Below, piece after piece: positions 38,111 through 49,982 of a stretch of DNA of 64,000 nucleotides. Both the position numbers and the translations under genes were made by a program. Within the stretch, counting starts at the first letter, position 1. Each line of letters opens with the position of its first letter. The notes under the pieces were generated by a model that was not told the DNA's origin, did not search any database, and saw only the letters and a program-made list of their open reading frames with translations. The stretch is from Lama guanicoe (lineage: Eukaryota): the NCBI GenBank assembly GCA_013239625.1, contig MU057151.1, forward strand, positions 2,820,498-2,884,497, read 5' to 3'.

Positions 38111-40724
38111 AAGCCTTTTAACACTGAGTCACTTTAAGGGTCAAACTCTGTGGTAGGTTTCACATATTAAATGTGGAAAAAGCCTACCACAAATAGTAGA
38201 TGACTACAGCAAGCAAGAAAATGGTTCAGGAAGCCGAAAGCAAAAGGGACAGATCTCTTCAGCTTTGACAGCTGGTGCACTTTTAGAAGAATATGAAGTG
38301 ACTCAACCAATTTCAGGGGCAATGTACTGTTCAGAACCAAAAGGTTAGAGATGTCACTCTTAAAAAATATCAAATCAGGAACTCTAAAATCCAAAGTAAT
38401 GAAATAAAAAAATTAAAGCAGTCAGGTATGAACTGAACTTGACAAAAGTGTCAGTTACCAGTCACAATGATATTTCCTTCTTTAAGTCCATGCCAAAAAT
38501 AGCTCACTCCTCTTATTCTCCCTCCATACAAGTTTAAAAAAAAAGTAAATGCAAACTGAACAACCTTATTTACAACACTTAAAAAAATCTTGAGGAAGTT
38601 ATTAATAATCTTGAATGATGTCTGATATAGGTATGTTTTGTTATTACTATTTTTAAAGGGCTGTTTTTTCAGCTATGACGATTTAAACAACCTTAGGGCT
38701 CAGCTATTTGCCTCACTACTGTACTAGATAACACTGAGTTTATCACAGTCTTAATAGTACAAGTCTTGTAATCATAGTGCCACATCTGCAGAAGGGCAGT
38801 CACCTAAGGACAGGAATTCCACATTAAGGAAACCAGACATACAAAGATCTTTTAACATGGAACAAACAGAAGAAATACAGTGATATGTGCCATTAAATTC
38901 TCATATCAAAAGTTATTTTTAAAAATTTCCTACTAATATATCAGGCAATGCCACGAAAGTTCAACGGTCGGAAAGTAAGTTGAAACAGCTTTTAGTCTGG
39001 GAGGCACAGAACACAAGTTTCCACAGAAGATTAGGATAGCAGTAAGCCACTGCACAGCCTATGAGGAAAAAAAGCAAAATCCATGAATGACACTGGCGAA
39101 GAAACTGAGGTAATAGTGAAGTGAGAAAAATTGCTTACCTTCTTGCTTTACACTTCTCTTTAGGCAGTCCTATATAACTGCCTACTTCAAAGCCTATAAC
39201 TTTGTAAACAAATGAAACAGAAGCTAAACAAAGGCTCCAAACTCCCTGGGAAGATAAGAAAGAACACAGCAGCCCTACCATCAAGCATCAGTACAACAAC
39301 TTCCTCTGTATATTTAAAGGCTCTGGTTTAAAAAGCCTCCAGCTGAACTGCAAGGTACATGGCAGACTACAAATGAGCCAAAGGTGGTGTTTAGGGTCTG
39401 GAAATGACAGTGACCTACTTGGCTTCATCACATTAATACAACAAGAAAGCAAGATTTGCCACCTGAGCTATTGAACATGCTCATCCCTGAAAGCTAATTT
39501 TTTCTCTAGAGTCCACCTGGTCTTCTTTAAAACCGGTAAGAACAATCCCCAAACCTTTGCTTTTTAGATAAATCCCACAGATGAAAAATATATTTTATTT
39601 TAAACTAGAGCTCTCTATTTTCAGATCTGAAATGCACATAGGGAACATCATACTTTATCTTGCGTTCTGATACAGCTGCAGAACCAAAGACCAGGGGATG
39701 TATAATTTTCCATCAGCTCTACCTCTCCCACCTTTTCTTGGCATTAAACACTAACTAAACTTCCCATTAAAGACACAGATCTCTGGACTCTACTGGTCTC
39801 AGCTGAATACTGCTAGACTGATGAAAAATCTTTTTATCAGAAAGAGTCTTTCAGGGATCAGCTTCATGTTTTCAAACTTTCTTAGCGTCTTTCCTCATTC
39901 TGACAATGTAAACATACCACAAAAGCAGCTCTTCTTCAAAGAAATGAAACTGAGCAAAGGCAAAATTATTGTAAATAACTATAAAGAACAGTTAATCACT
40001 TAAATCCAAATAGTTTTCCATAGGAACACATTTCTCATTTTGTAATGTAAGACAGAAAAACTGCCTAATGATTATTTTACTTACAATAAAAGTTATACAG
40101 ATTACAAAATTACATAATATATGTAAGTGTAACATATATATATATACATATATAAAATGTAACATATATATGTGTGTAATATATATGTAAGCCCAGTGTA
40201 TTATTCACTAAAAGATAGCTCTCTTTTTACCCCAAATCTGTCTGGGAAGAGCAGTTTGAATTAGAGAAGTCTGGATTACAGAGTTTAAAATGAAACAAAT
40301 GTAGTTTTATTACTCTGCGGTACACTCACACTTACCTGCCCATCCCTCTTCCTTCGCTACTAAAATGGTACTTTAGTAAATAAGGTAAATAATTTAATAG
40401 ATGATAATAACTGGTAATGAATACATCAACTCTTCACATAAAAACAGAAGTTCTTTTATAACAAGAGCAAAGCCAATTGCCATCCCATCCAGCCCGCCTG
40501 AATGATCATCAGTTCCAAATATGGAAAAAGAAAATATGATTGGAAAACAAATCAACAAGTTTTCTATTGCTGAAAATACGGGAACTTAAAAAAATAATTT
40601 CAAAGCATGAAAGGAAAACTAATTACCTGAAAATAAGACAAAAATTTTCATTTTTAAATTACAACTGTATAAAAGAATAAGACAGATAAAAAGGACATTT
40701 TGCAAATGATCATGACAATATGCA

Positions 40725-40744
40725 TATGTTTGTGTGCATATATA

Positions 40745-40780
<36 letters not shown>

Positions 40781-40783
40781 CAC
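40725..40783. repeat. (TG)n(TA)n compound microsatellite
   Basis: Seen directly. Confidence 0.9.
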
Positions 40784-40794
40784 TACTAAAATAG

Positions 40795-41040
40795 ATAAAT
40801 TTTACTGAATATTTCCTATGTGCCAGGCTTTTTTCAAGTGTTTACATGTCATAATTCTTTAAATCCCTACCATAACTCTATGAGGTAGATACTACTATTA
40901 CCCCCCCATTTTACTGATAGGGAAACTAAGGATCAGAGAGGACAATTAACTTGTCAATTGTCACATTGCTATGAAGTGGTAGGACCAGGACTTGGACCCA
41001 GGAACTGTGGCTACAGGATCAACTCTCTTTATCACATACT
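40795..41040 (-). mobile_element. MIR SINE, near full length
   Basis: 'tttactgaatatttcctatgtgccagg...ctatgaggtagatact...cccattttactgatagggaaactaagg'. Confidence 0.88.
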
Positions 41041-41334
41041 ATGAATGTATACATTGTTTGATATAAACCACCTAAAAAATAGTATTCCAATGTGGAACTG
41101 AATTACTGCCTTTAAAGAAGAACACCTGAAAATTAGAGCAAGCACAAAATAAATTGTTCACACTGACTATGTATATTATGAAAATTAAAATAAGCAGATT
41201 AAAAACATAAAACTTCACTAGAAAGAAGAAATGCTCTAAAGATGAAAATCTTTATGTCATAATAATATAAATGGACTGGGTATTCATAAAAAACATCCCA
41301 CTGAAAGAAAGGATCAAAACACTTACACATTTTT

Positions 41335-41825
41335 ATTCACTACAAATGTAAAGCATATTCACTGTAAAAAAATTTTAAGAAAATACAGAAAAGTAAAAAG
41401 AAGAAAATAAAAAATCACACATAATCTCACAACCCAAAGAAAATTAAAATTTACAATGTTTCCTGACACCCCTTTCTCTATGAATATTTTCACATAGTTA
41501 AGATCATACTGCACGGTTTTGTATAGTTTGTTTTTCCACTGTATTTCATAAACATTTTCCTACACGGTTAAGAGTCTTCAAAAATATTTTAATGGCTCTA
41601 TGATATTCCATCATATGGGTGTACCATAATTTAGGTAATCATTTCCTTCTCGTTAAAACTGTGGGGAACATCTCTGTGCACTGAAGTTTATCCAGATCTC
41701 AGATTTATTTTCTAAGGATAGATTTTTTTTTTAGAAATATAATTACCAGATCAAAGTGTATGAACATTTTTCAGAGCTCTTGATTCATTTTACCTAATTG
41801 CTTTCCAGAAAGACAGTACCACTTA
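41335..41825 (-). mobile_element. L1ME-like 3' end fragment
   Basis: 'aaaatacagaaaagtaaaaagaagaaaataaaaaatcacacataatctcacaaccc...tattccatcatatgggtgtaccataatt...cctaattgctttccagaaag'. Confidence 0.8.
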
Positions 41826-41883
41826 AAAAAAAAAAAGACTGACTTCATTGAGTTAAAACTTCAAGAATATTTATTTACAACCA

Positions 41884-42079
41884 NNNNNNNNNNNNNNNNN
41901 NNNNNNNNNNNNNNNNNNNNNNNNNNNNNNNNNNNNNNNNNNNNNNNNNNNNNNNNNNNNNNNNNNNNNNNNNNNNNNNNNNNNNNNNNNNNNNNNNNNN
42001 NNNNNNNNNNNNNNNNNNNNNNNNNNNNNNNNNNNNNNNNNNNNNNNNNNNNNNNNNNNNNNNNNNNNNNNNNNNNNNN
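41884..42079 (-). other. N-run (196 nt); probable hidden exon of a minus-strand gene
   Basis: Minus strand reads 'ttctttttgatataagtgtttctaaag' then N, so the AG sits exactly at the boundary. Confidence 0.4.
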
Positions 42080-42564
42080 CTTTAGAAACACTTATATCAA
42101 AAAGAACTTCTTCTCCAGTGTTATGCCATAAAACTAGAAGCATCTGAGGAGGCTGCTTTTTCATACTGTGCTTTGTTAAACATAGTATAGTTGAATCAAT
42201 ACTTTAAAATCCATCTATTTTCAGTGTTCTTCATGTAACAAACTATAAAGCAAGACATTACACTTAAAGAATAAAAGATAAACACAATTCTAAACGTACT
42301 TGTTGCGAGATGGTTCTCCCTCTTCAGTCTGTCTTTAAGTGTTCGTGTCCTTACAATCCAACTCTATCAGTATTCCTCAGAACCATACAAGAAAGCAAGA
42401 TTTTCGTCCAAAGGATGGAAAGGAAGGTAGGAATTGTTAAGGGCTGTCAGAGACAATGTTCCCTTCCTGAGGCCATCTTCCCAGTAACTAACTCTTTTAC
42501 AGAGTCTACCAGTGGTTAGTGGTAGCTATTGCAATTTAGTAATCTCATGGTTTGAGCAAAAATT

Positions 42565-42735
42565 TTGAAGTGCTTTATTTTTCTTTGCAGTACATATCAC
42601 TACCTATTGATATGTGCTGTGAATCACTACCACCAGACTGTAAGCCCAGAAAGCTTACAGACCTTCTACATGGCTGTACTCCTAGCCCCTGGCACACTGG
42701 AAGGGCTAAATATATGTTTGTTAAACAAATAAAAT
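42565..42735 (+). mobile_element. L2 3' end fragment
   Basis: 'ccaccagactgtaagccc...ctgtactcctagcccctggcac...aaatatatgtttgtt'. Confidence 0.65.
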
Positions 42736-43577
42736 AATTTAATCTAAAAGATCTAATGAGAATCACACTGAAAGAGTTTTGTTGTGGGTCTAGGCCCAAG
42801 AAATACTGTTTTTGAATCTGTAGTGGATGTCTTAACTGTGGCACACAGAATTTATATCAAAAGCATCAACAGTTTTCTCAGGCCTCTAGGTAGAGTTTAA
42901 AACTCACACACCTTAGAGATAGCTCTTAGGGAGATAAATGTCTCAGGGATAAAATCAGGGGGAAACCTAAGAGATGTTTTGTTCTTAGAATTCTAGTGAC
43001 TGGGTAAATTATGTATCAGAAGCTCAGAATTCACATCAATGTGGTACAGTAGGATAAAAGTGCTGGAGCAGGGTGGGCAGGGAATAGGAATAGGGTTGGG
43101 GTGTGTGAAGACATAGGCCCAAGGCTCAGGTCCACCATCCAAGTCAGAAGACCATGAAGGAGTCATTCAGTTCCTTCATCCTCAGACATGGGTATGCAAG
43201 ATGGCAGCAAGTGCATTGTCTGCTTAACAGGCTACTACAGGGATCCAAGGACACTAGCCATTTACAAAGTTCTGGAAACTGCCAAGTGTTATAATGTCAT
43301 ATCAACAAATGTATAATTATTAATGTTATCATTATTCTTGGCCAATGAAACTTCTAATAAGTAGCCCATCAATAAATGTTAATTTCCTTCCTGGGATACC
43401 TGGGAGATGTAGGGGTACTTGAGTATTATAACTTGTTATAATAAATATTATAATTTCACAGATAGGTCTTGAACGGATTCCATGTCTGGGGAAATATAAG
43501 ATTCTATGCACCATGAGAGACTGTGCCTCGTTCAATCAAGTGGTTCAGGACTTTAAGAATATTAAGGAGGAAAGTGT

Positions 43578-43810
43578 GAGTTAACGTTCAGTGAAAGCAC
43601 ACTATGAGTCAAATGCGATTAGGAGTTTTCATATGCATTTCACTCTCTACAGCAACTCTATTTTTAAAAAGGCATTATTCTCCCCATTTACAGATGAGAA
43701 AACTGAGGCTGAGAAGTCGGTTTACTTAAGCCTAAGATGCCACTAGTATGGGCAGACCTGACATTATCAACCAGTGCTATCTGACTCCAAGGCCACACAG
43801 AAAGCTTATC
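43578..43810 (-). mobile_element. MIR SINE
   Basis: 'attattctccccatttacagatgagaaaactgaggctgaga...tctgactccaagg'. Confidence 0.85.
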
Positions 43811-45104
43811 ATCTCCAGATATGAGTGAGCTTGCACACCATTTCCTTTTCTGTCATTTCAGTTATTCCTGTGGTTGATATATGGGCTAACCAAAAATGCT
43901 GGTCCATTCTATACCACCTGGAACCAGATTAACAGTAAGAAAATTCTAAATCTACAGGGAAAAGGTGATTCTCAATCTGGGTAAAGTAGTTAAATAGGAC
44001 TGTTAGGTCGGTAGGAGAGATATCTTAGCTCTAAGCATGTGCTGCATGACTGTTTAAAAGGTTTCTTAAGTAAACTTAGGATATCCTTGGCAACCAGAAG
44101 AGTCAGTTTCCAGTATTCCGCATCTGACAAACATCTTCAGGTTCAGGGATTTATAGAGAGGTGACTAAGGAAGTCTGTCATCCCCAAAAAGCGTATCTAG
44201 GCCAAAAGAAATTCTCTGCCTGAAGATACCCAGAGAACTATTTGGTAAGAGTCCCTTACCTCAATAGGAAAAGAAATGTTTAATCAAAACAGAATAAATG
44301 TGAACATCAAGGAAATGGTTCCAAAGATGGGAGGATCTGGAGCAAGCGAAAGCCAGTTAAATCATGGCAGGGCAGATCCAGAGCAAAAAAAAAAAAAAAG
44401 AATAAGTTATCAAACTAAAAATCTAAGCTACAATAGAGCTAAAAATCAGAGGGCTAGAGATAAGGACAGACAGGAGCAAAGTCATCTTCAAATGCCGAGA
44501 ATTTTTTCCAGATTTGGTCAACACAACTAGAAGCAAGGTTTGGTTTTGTGTTGCTCTGACAGACTTTTGGAAAGCAGAAAGCATCCTCTTAGACCAAAAG
44601 AATTTGGGAATCTTCTTTAAAGGAACCCAACATCAAGGTAGCTAGGGAGTCATGTGGATTCCTCTATTATACCCCTTTCCGGGCAAAATTTGCCAAGTGG
44701 CAAATAAAACAGAATCTTAAAACGTCATAATAAATAGCTACAAGGTGAAGGCAATGGCCATGAATGGTAAGTTCACAGGCCCAATCCTTGGTATATATTC
44801 TTCCCAAGCCATCAGATACCAAGGAATGTGACCCAGATGGAGCCAGAAGACAAAATTAGCCTACTCTACAAATTCCTCTGACCCTTGTATCTACATTGGG
44901 TGGGGGGAGGTTGAGGTGGAGAGGAAATAGTCATAGAGGAAGTATGCAATCAAGCTTGGCCAAGGCCACAGAAAGTGCCAAGGAATGAACTGCCCAGAGG
45001 TCACTCTGAAATTCATGGAGTTCTCCCAAGGCAGTCATCACCAGTGGCGGCAACAAAAGTTGGAGCTGAGAAAAGACAACACTGAAAGCCTTAATGAGCT
45101 CTTC

Positions 45105-45355
45105 ACATCCTTTTAAGTCTTAGACTAAATAGCACCTTCTCAAAGAGACTTTCTCTCAGCCTATCTAGAGGATAGCAGCTCTGTTATTCTACATGTCAAT
45201 CCTGTTTACTTAGCCCAAATAAAATTAGTCATCTATTTCCCCCACTAGACTATAAGCTACAGGGGAACAAAGACCCTGTCTGCCCTTTCCACTCTCATAT
45301 CTCCAGTGCTTAGCATTGTGCCCAGAACACAATCAGTGCTGAATAATAATTTGTT
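45105..45355 (+). mobile_element. L2 3' end fragment
   Basis: 'cccactagactataagct...atctccagtgcttagcattgtgcc...gtgctgaataataatttgtt'. Confidence 0.75.
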
Positions 45356-45359
45356 ATAA

Positions 45360-45547
45360 CAATGATTCTCAAAGTGTGGCTCCTGGACCAGCAGCATTGG
45401 GGTCACCTGGGAACTTGTTACAAATTAAATTCTCAGGCCCCACCCCAGACCTGCTGAATCAGACACTCAGGGAGTGGGACCAGCAATCTGCATTTTCACA
45501 AGCTCTACAGGGGATTTTCATGTGAGCTCAAGTTTGAGGACCACCTG
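45360..45547. mobile_element. MER5A hAT-Charlie MITE, full length
   Basis: Termini caatgattctcaaa / tttgaggaccacctg; internal 'tcacctgggaacttgtta...aattctcaggccccaccccagacctgctgaatcaga'; about 188 bp. Confidence 0.9.
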
Positions 45548-45739
45548 TATATAACAAGAGTACAGAAATATACATTTCCTGGTGGCAGGTAGTGTAAAAG
45601 TAAAGGTTCTTTTCTAATATGAGGTTGGAATGCTTGGTCAGGTCATCCACAATTCTGAGTCTGTTATGCACACAACTCATATTTTACCTGGAATATAGCA
45701 AGGATTTCCAAGAGGAGGCTACTAAGCAGGAATCTTAAA

Positions 45740-45882
45740 CAACTTACTTAACCTCTCTATGCATATTTACTTATCTGTGAGAAGGGAATAATAACAACCT
45801 AACAGTTTGTGAGGATTAAATGAAGTTTTTTTTTAATTTACCCAAGTTCTAGAACGTAGTAAACACTCAATAAATGATAGTG
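45740..45882 (+). mobile_element. MIR 3' fragment
   Basis: 'ttacttaacctctct...gtgaggattaaatga...gtaaacactcaataaatgatag'. Confidence 0.75.
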
Positions 45883-46244
45883 GTGGCTTCGTATTGAATC
45901 TGTTTTGGAGGCCTGTGAAGATGAGGATCTCACAGGCAGAGTTTTCACCCTCCAAGAATGCCCTGGGAAGAAAGTATGCTATTTTTCAAAAGGATGCCAC
46001 CTAAATACTAGGATACAAGTAGCTTTGTGAGCCTGTAAAGATACACCATTTGCTAGACTCCTGAGCAAAGAGATGCCAAAGTAAATAGAGACGTTAACTC
46101 ATGAAGGGTTAAAGTAAAGAGACAAGAAACAAGATGGAAACAGAATTAGTGATTTCTGGTAGCAGGTGAGAATCACTGGCAGTGAAAGTGGCAGGATTGA
46201 AAGAGCAAGGCTATGTTGTGGTGGACTCTTCTCAGTCAACAAGA

Positions 46245-46381
46245 AGGAAGTCCTCATATGTCTGGTGTCAATATTTTCCAAACTAAAAATTGGTACAGAG
46301 TCTGACAAATATCTTATGGACACTATGGGACAAACAGAAATCAGGGCTGTCCTGGGAATTTCAGAATATACGGTTACTGTC
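46245..46381. mobile_element. Possible hAT-Blackjack (MER94-like) MITE
   Basis: 'gggacaaacagaaatcagggctgtcctgggaatttcagaatatacggttactgt' resembles the terminal 'gggactgtcccggg...gacgtatggtcaccct'. Confidence 0.4.
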
Positions 46382-48407
46382 TGGAAATGGTCTATTTTTA
46401 AAAGAACCCAACACCAGCATGGCTAAAGAACTGCACAGAGTTTCACAATACCTTCATACAGGCTCTGGTTATGACTCACCCTGAATAACGAAGGCTGTAT
46501 GGGCACATGACCCCTAAAAACAGAGAGCATTTATGAAAAGTTACTTAGGGTCATCTTATCTTTCTTCCCATTTCACTAGACCCTTCCGGTTTTATAAATT
46601 CATTGGCCAAAACCTGGAGACCTTATTTAAAAGATCATCAGGCTTATCCCAAGTAGCCTAGATTAGCTACTACTGTATTTTAATACCAGCTCCAGGGTTC
46701 TTTTGGACTATTTCATTGCCCTTGATGGTAAGGAAGGACAAAAGGTCCTTCAATATTAACTCATGTTTATGAGTTCATAGTTTCTTGAAATCCAATAGAC
46801 AGTTACGCAGAATTTTATAACCACTGGTTATAAAAACTGAACTGGTTAGAGAATTAATGGCCAGGGATTTTTGTCAATTATGAGACCTGCTGCTATCAAC
46901 TCAGTCGCAGGTAGGCAAGCTGGAACAATTTTACCTTCGTGTGAAGGTAGCAGGTTTGAGAGAGATAAAAGGAATCCATCTACTAGAATTCAAGAGGAGA
47001 GTATCAAAAGAGTGGGATGAAGAATAAACCACCTCTTACTGTTGGGTTAATTTCCCTTCCCGGGATGCTTGTCCCAAATAGAAATCAAAATGCAGAGACA
47101 TCCTAAGTGGAGCAGTCATCCAGTGTGACTGAGACTGAGCAGGCACTGCTGAATCAGAGGCTCTTCCACTTCAGGGAAATGGCTATGCCTCCAGACCAAG
47201 CTGAGCAACAACTTTCAAATTATTCTGGTTTCCCCTTCAGCTCTAGAAAAGACCTACACCTCATTGTTGTAGTTCATCAGTCAGAGTGACAGTAATTAGC
47301 ATGACTTTATCTGTTCACACCTCCTTAGGTAACTGAGGGCTCCCTGGTTTCCTGGGTATCATCAATCTGGGGAAGAAATTAGGGTGTTTAACTATTCCTC
47401 AGAATTCCTCACCTCAACCATTTCTTACACCTCAGTCTTCCAAGTTACTAGTGTACTTGGCACCAAGCAGTACGGGTGAGAGTGAGGAATACTGCGCCCT
47501 GGGGGTACTCAGTCTATTTTCTGGAGGTATTCGGGGCATACAGTTGTCTGGATTAAGACAGACTACAAAAAACCTAAGAGGTGTTCCTTGCCCCATTCTT
47601 TCTCAACAGAGAGAATGGGTTAGAGAGTCACCATCCCACAAGGATAAACAAGAAGCCGAGAAACCAAACTGTAGATAACAGGGCCAGTTTAGAGCAACAA
47701 GCCATTATGAAGCCCCTTCACTACTATGTGCTATGCACCAGGGATCAGAAATGAAAAGGACTCCTTTCTCATCAGGAACTTATCTATTAAGTGAAGAAGA
47801 GAAGCCATATAAACAATTTAATATAAAGCAGCAAATGATAAGAAAAAAGCTATGAATGAGAAGTGAAGGAGTATAAAAGAGTCCACTTAGCATGAGAGTT
47901 CAGGGAAGCAAGAAGAGAATCATGACTGGGGAAAGTACTTTAGTTCAAGGTCTGTGGCTTGGAGCTACTAGAAAGCATAAATTGAAGATAGAGTAAGAGG
48001 AAGGCAGAAGGCTAGAAACTTCCTAGTGAAAGAGCACCATCGCCTTTGGGCTTTTCTAGGTGACAAAGGCTTTGACAGGGGGGCGAGTTGTCTTTTGGCA
48101 CGATGCCGTCTCACCCACCTGCATATTTACCCCAACAGAAGACATGATTTTATGGAGAAACAGGGGAAAAAAGCAAGTGTGTAAAACACCCAACAGAGTG
48201 CGTGGCACATAAGTTCTCAGCAAACATTACTGCTCTTGACTTCTTCCCACAAGCTCCACCAGAATTTCAGGAGTCAGATTTTGCACTCAGGAGGTGAGAG
48301 AAAACCAGAGACCTTCGAACTCTACTTGGAGGCAGAAATATAGACCTCACTCTGAGGGCTTCATTGGTGTATGATAGAGCTCTTCAAAATCCACAGCCCT
48401 TCTCTTT

Positions 48408-48561
48408 TTTATTTAAAAAAATTTTTTTTAATTTAAAATTTCGAGGGGGGGCAGGGGAGGTAATTACCTAACCTATTTATTTAAATAGAGGTGCGGGGGA
48501 TTGAACCCAGGACCTCGTGCATGCTAAGCCCTTGCTCTACAACTAGGCTATACCCTTCTCC
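48408..48561 (-). mobile_element. Vic-1-like SINE
   Basis: 'ggggaggtaatt...ggggattgaacccaggacctcgtgcatgctaagc...gctataccc'; perfect 14-bp TSD cagcccttctcttt at 48394-48407 and 48562-48575. Confidence 0.92.
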
Positions 48562-48699
48562 CAGCCCTTCTCTTTGGATGAATAGTGGGAGCCTAACATG
48601 AACCTCGAGATCACCACCCATATTATTTAGTAAAATGCCAAACTATACTATATATTTCTTTTCTGTACTATTATTTGTACCTAGTCTTTCCTCTCAAAC

Positions 48700-48755
48700 C
48701 TAACTTCACAGCTAAACCTAATCTTCACAGCTAACTTCACAGCTAATCTTCACAC
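48700..48755. repeat. Short minisatellite, 4 x ctaa(t)cttcacag
   Basis: Units start at 48700, 48718, 48731 and 48743. Confidence 0.85.
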
Positions 48756-49850
48756 CAGACCAGTGTCCTCTCCAGGCTAAGCTACTTCAATGTTGTCTTC
48801 AGCAATGACTCTGTTTTAAATGTGACCAATCTCTCACTCTGATTCAACCGTATAACTCCTACACCGATATTTCCCAAGAGGTCAGAAAATCAAGTCAAAA
48901 TGAATGAACAGATGCTTTAATTTCAAGCCTTTCTATTCTTCCCTCTCCTGATTCAAGATTTCTCAAATATCCTTATTTCCTGATAGTCCCCTAAACAAAA
49001 CTACTCCATCAACTCTGTTTGTGATCCTCACTGTTTGGAATGTCTAATGCCCTCCTCCCAAATCAAATTCTGCATTCTTATGATTTGAAACATAATTCAC
49101 AATCTTCCATGAATCCTCCCGCAACAAATAAGTCCACTAACTTCAGCATGATTAATATGCCTCCCCCTTCTCATGTATAATTATGAATACCCAACTCCGC
49201 ATTATCCACGTGTGGCTATTTCCCCTCTTTCAGTTACTGGCCTGGGGTATGGACACTCCAGTGAAGGTGCTGGAGCAAGGTAGGGAAGGCATATATAGAC
49301 AGTTCACAGAATGAGGGGAAAGTCAATAAAAGAAGGCAAGGAAATTACTACTTTGCACCATTTGCATTAGGGTTCCTTATAGAAGCAGGGATAATGAGAG
49401 GTGATTACATATACATATGTATACACATATATGTCAAATTGAATTACATCAAGTTATACTAAACATTGAAACATACCTCATAGCCATAGAAACAGCCAGC
49501 TACTTAGTTAAGTAAAAAAGACGGTTTACTTACATATGTCCCAGTGGAAGAACAAGTTGGTAAATTATTCTATGTATTATATACTGGAATTTTACAGACC
49601 AAGATTAATATGAAATGTGTGTATGCGTAAACACAGATTACTCACAAGGTAAATGTGCCCATCCTATTCATCCCTGTGAGAAAGTCTGCCAAACCAAACC
49701 ATTCTTTAAACTCCTATTAGTCTGCAGTAAACTGTCAAATACACAGAGGGCATTCAAGTGGTAGCTGACAGTGATCTTCAATACTAGATGAATGAAAACC
49801 TATTCAGCCAAGTTCAGGAGGAAATGAATCTTTAATCATAAAAACACTGT

Positions 49851-49982
49851 NNNNNNNNNNNNNNNNNNNNNNNNNNNNNNNNNNNNNNNNNNNNNNNNNN
49901 NNNNNNNNNNNNNNNNNNNNNNNNNNNNNNNNNNNNNNNNNNNNNNNNNNNNNNNNNNNNNNNNNNNNNNNNNNNNNNNNNN
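49851..49982 (-). other. N-run (132 nt); probable hidden exon of a minus-strand gene
   Basis: Minus strand reads 'ttggttttatttttc' then N: a polypyrimidine tract ending in C, with the AG expected as the first two hidden bases. Confidence 0.45.

Noticed and set aside
43850-45090. Possible old LTR-derived segment
   Set aside because: The composition is suggestive, but I could not match any family or termini.
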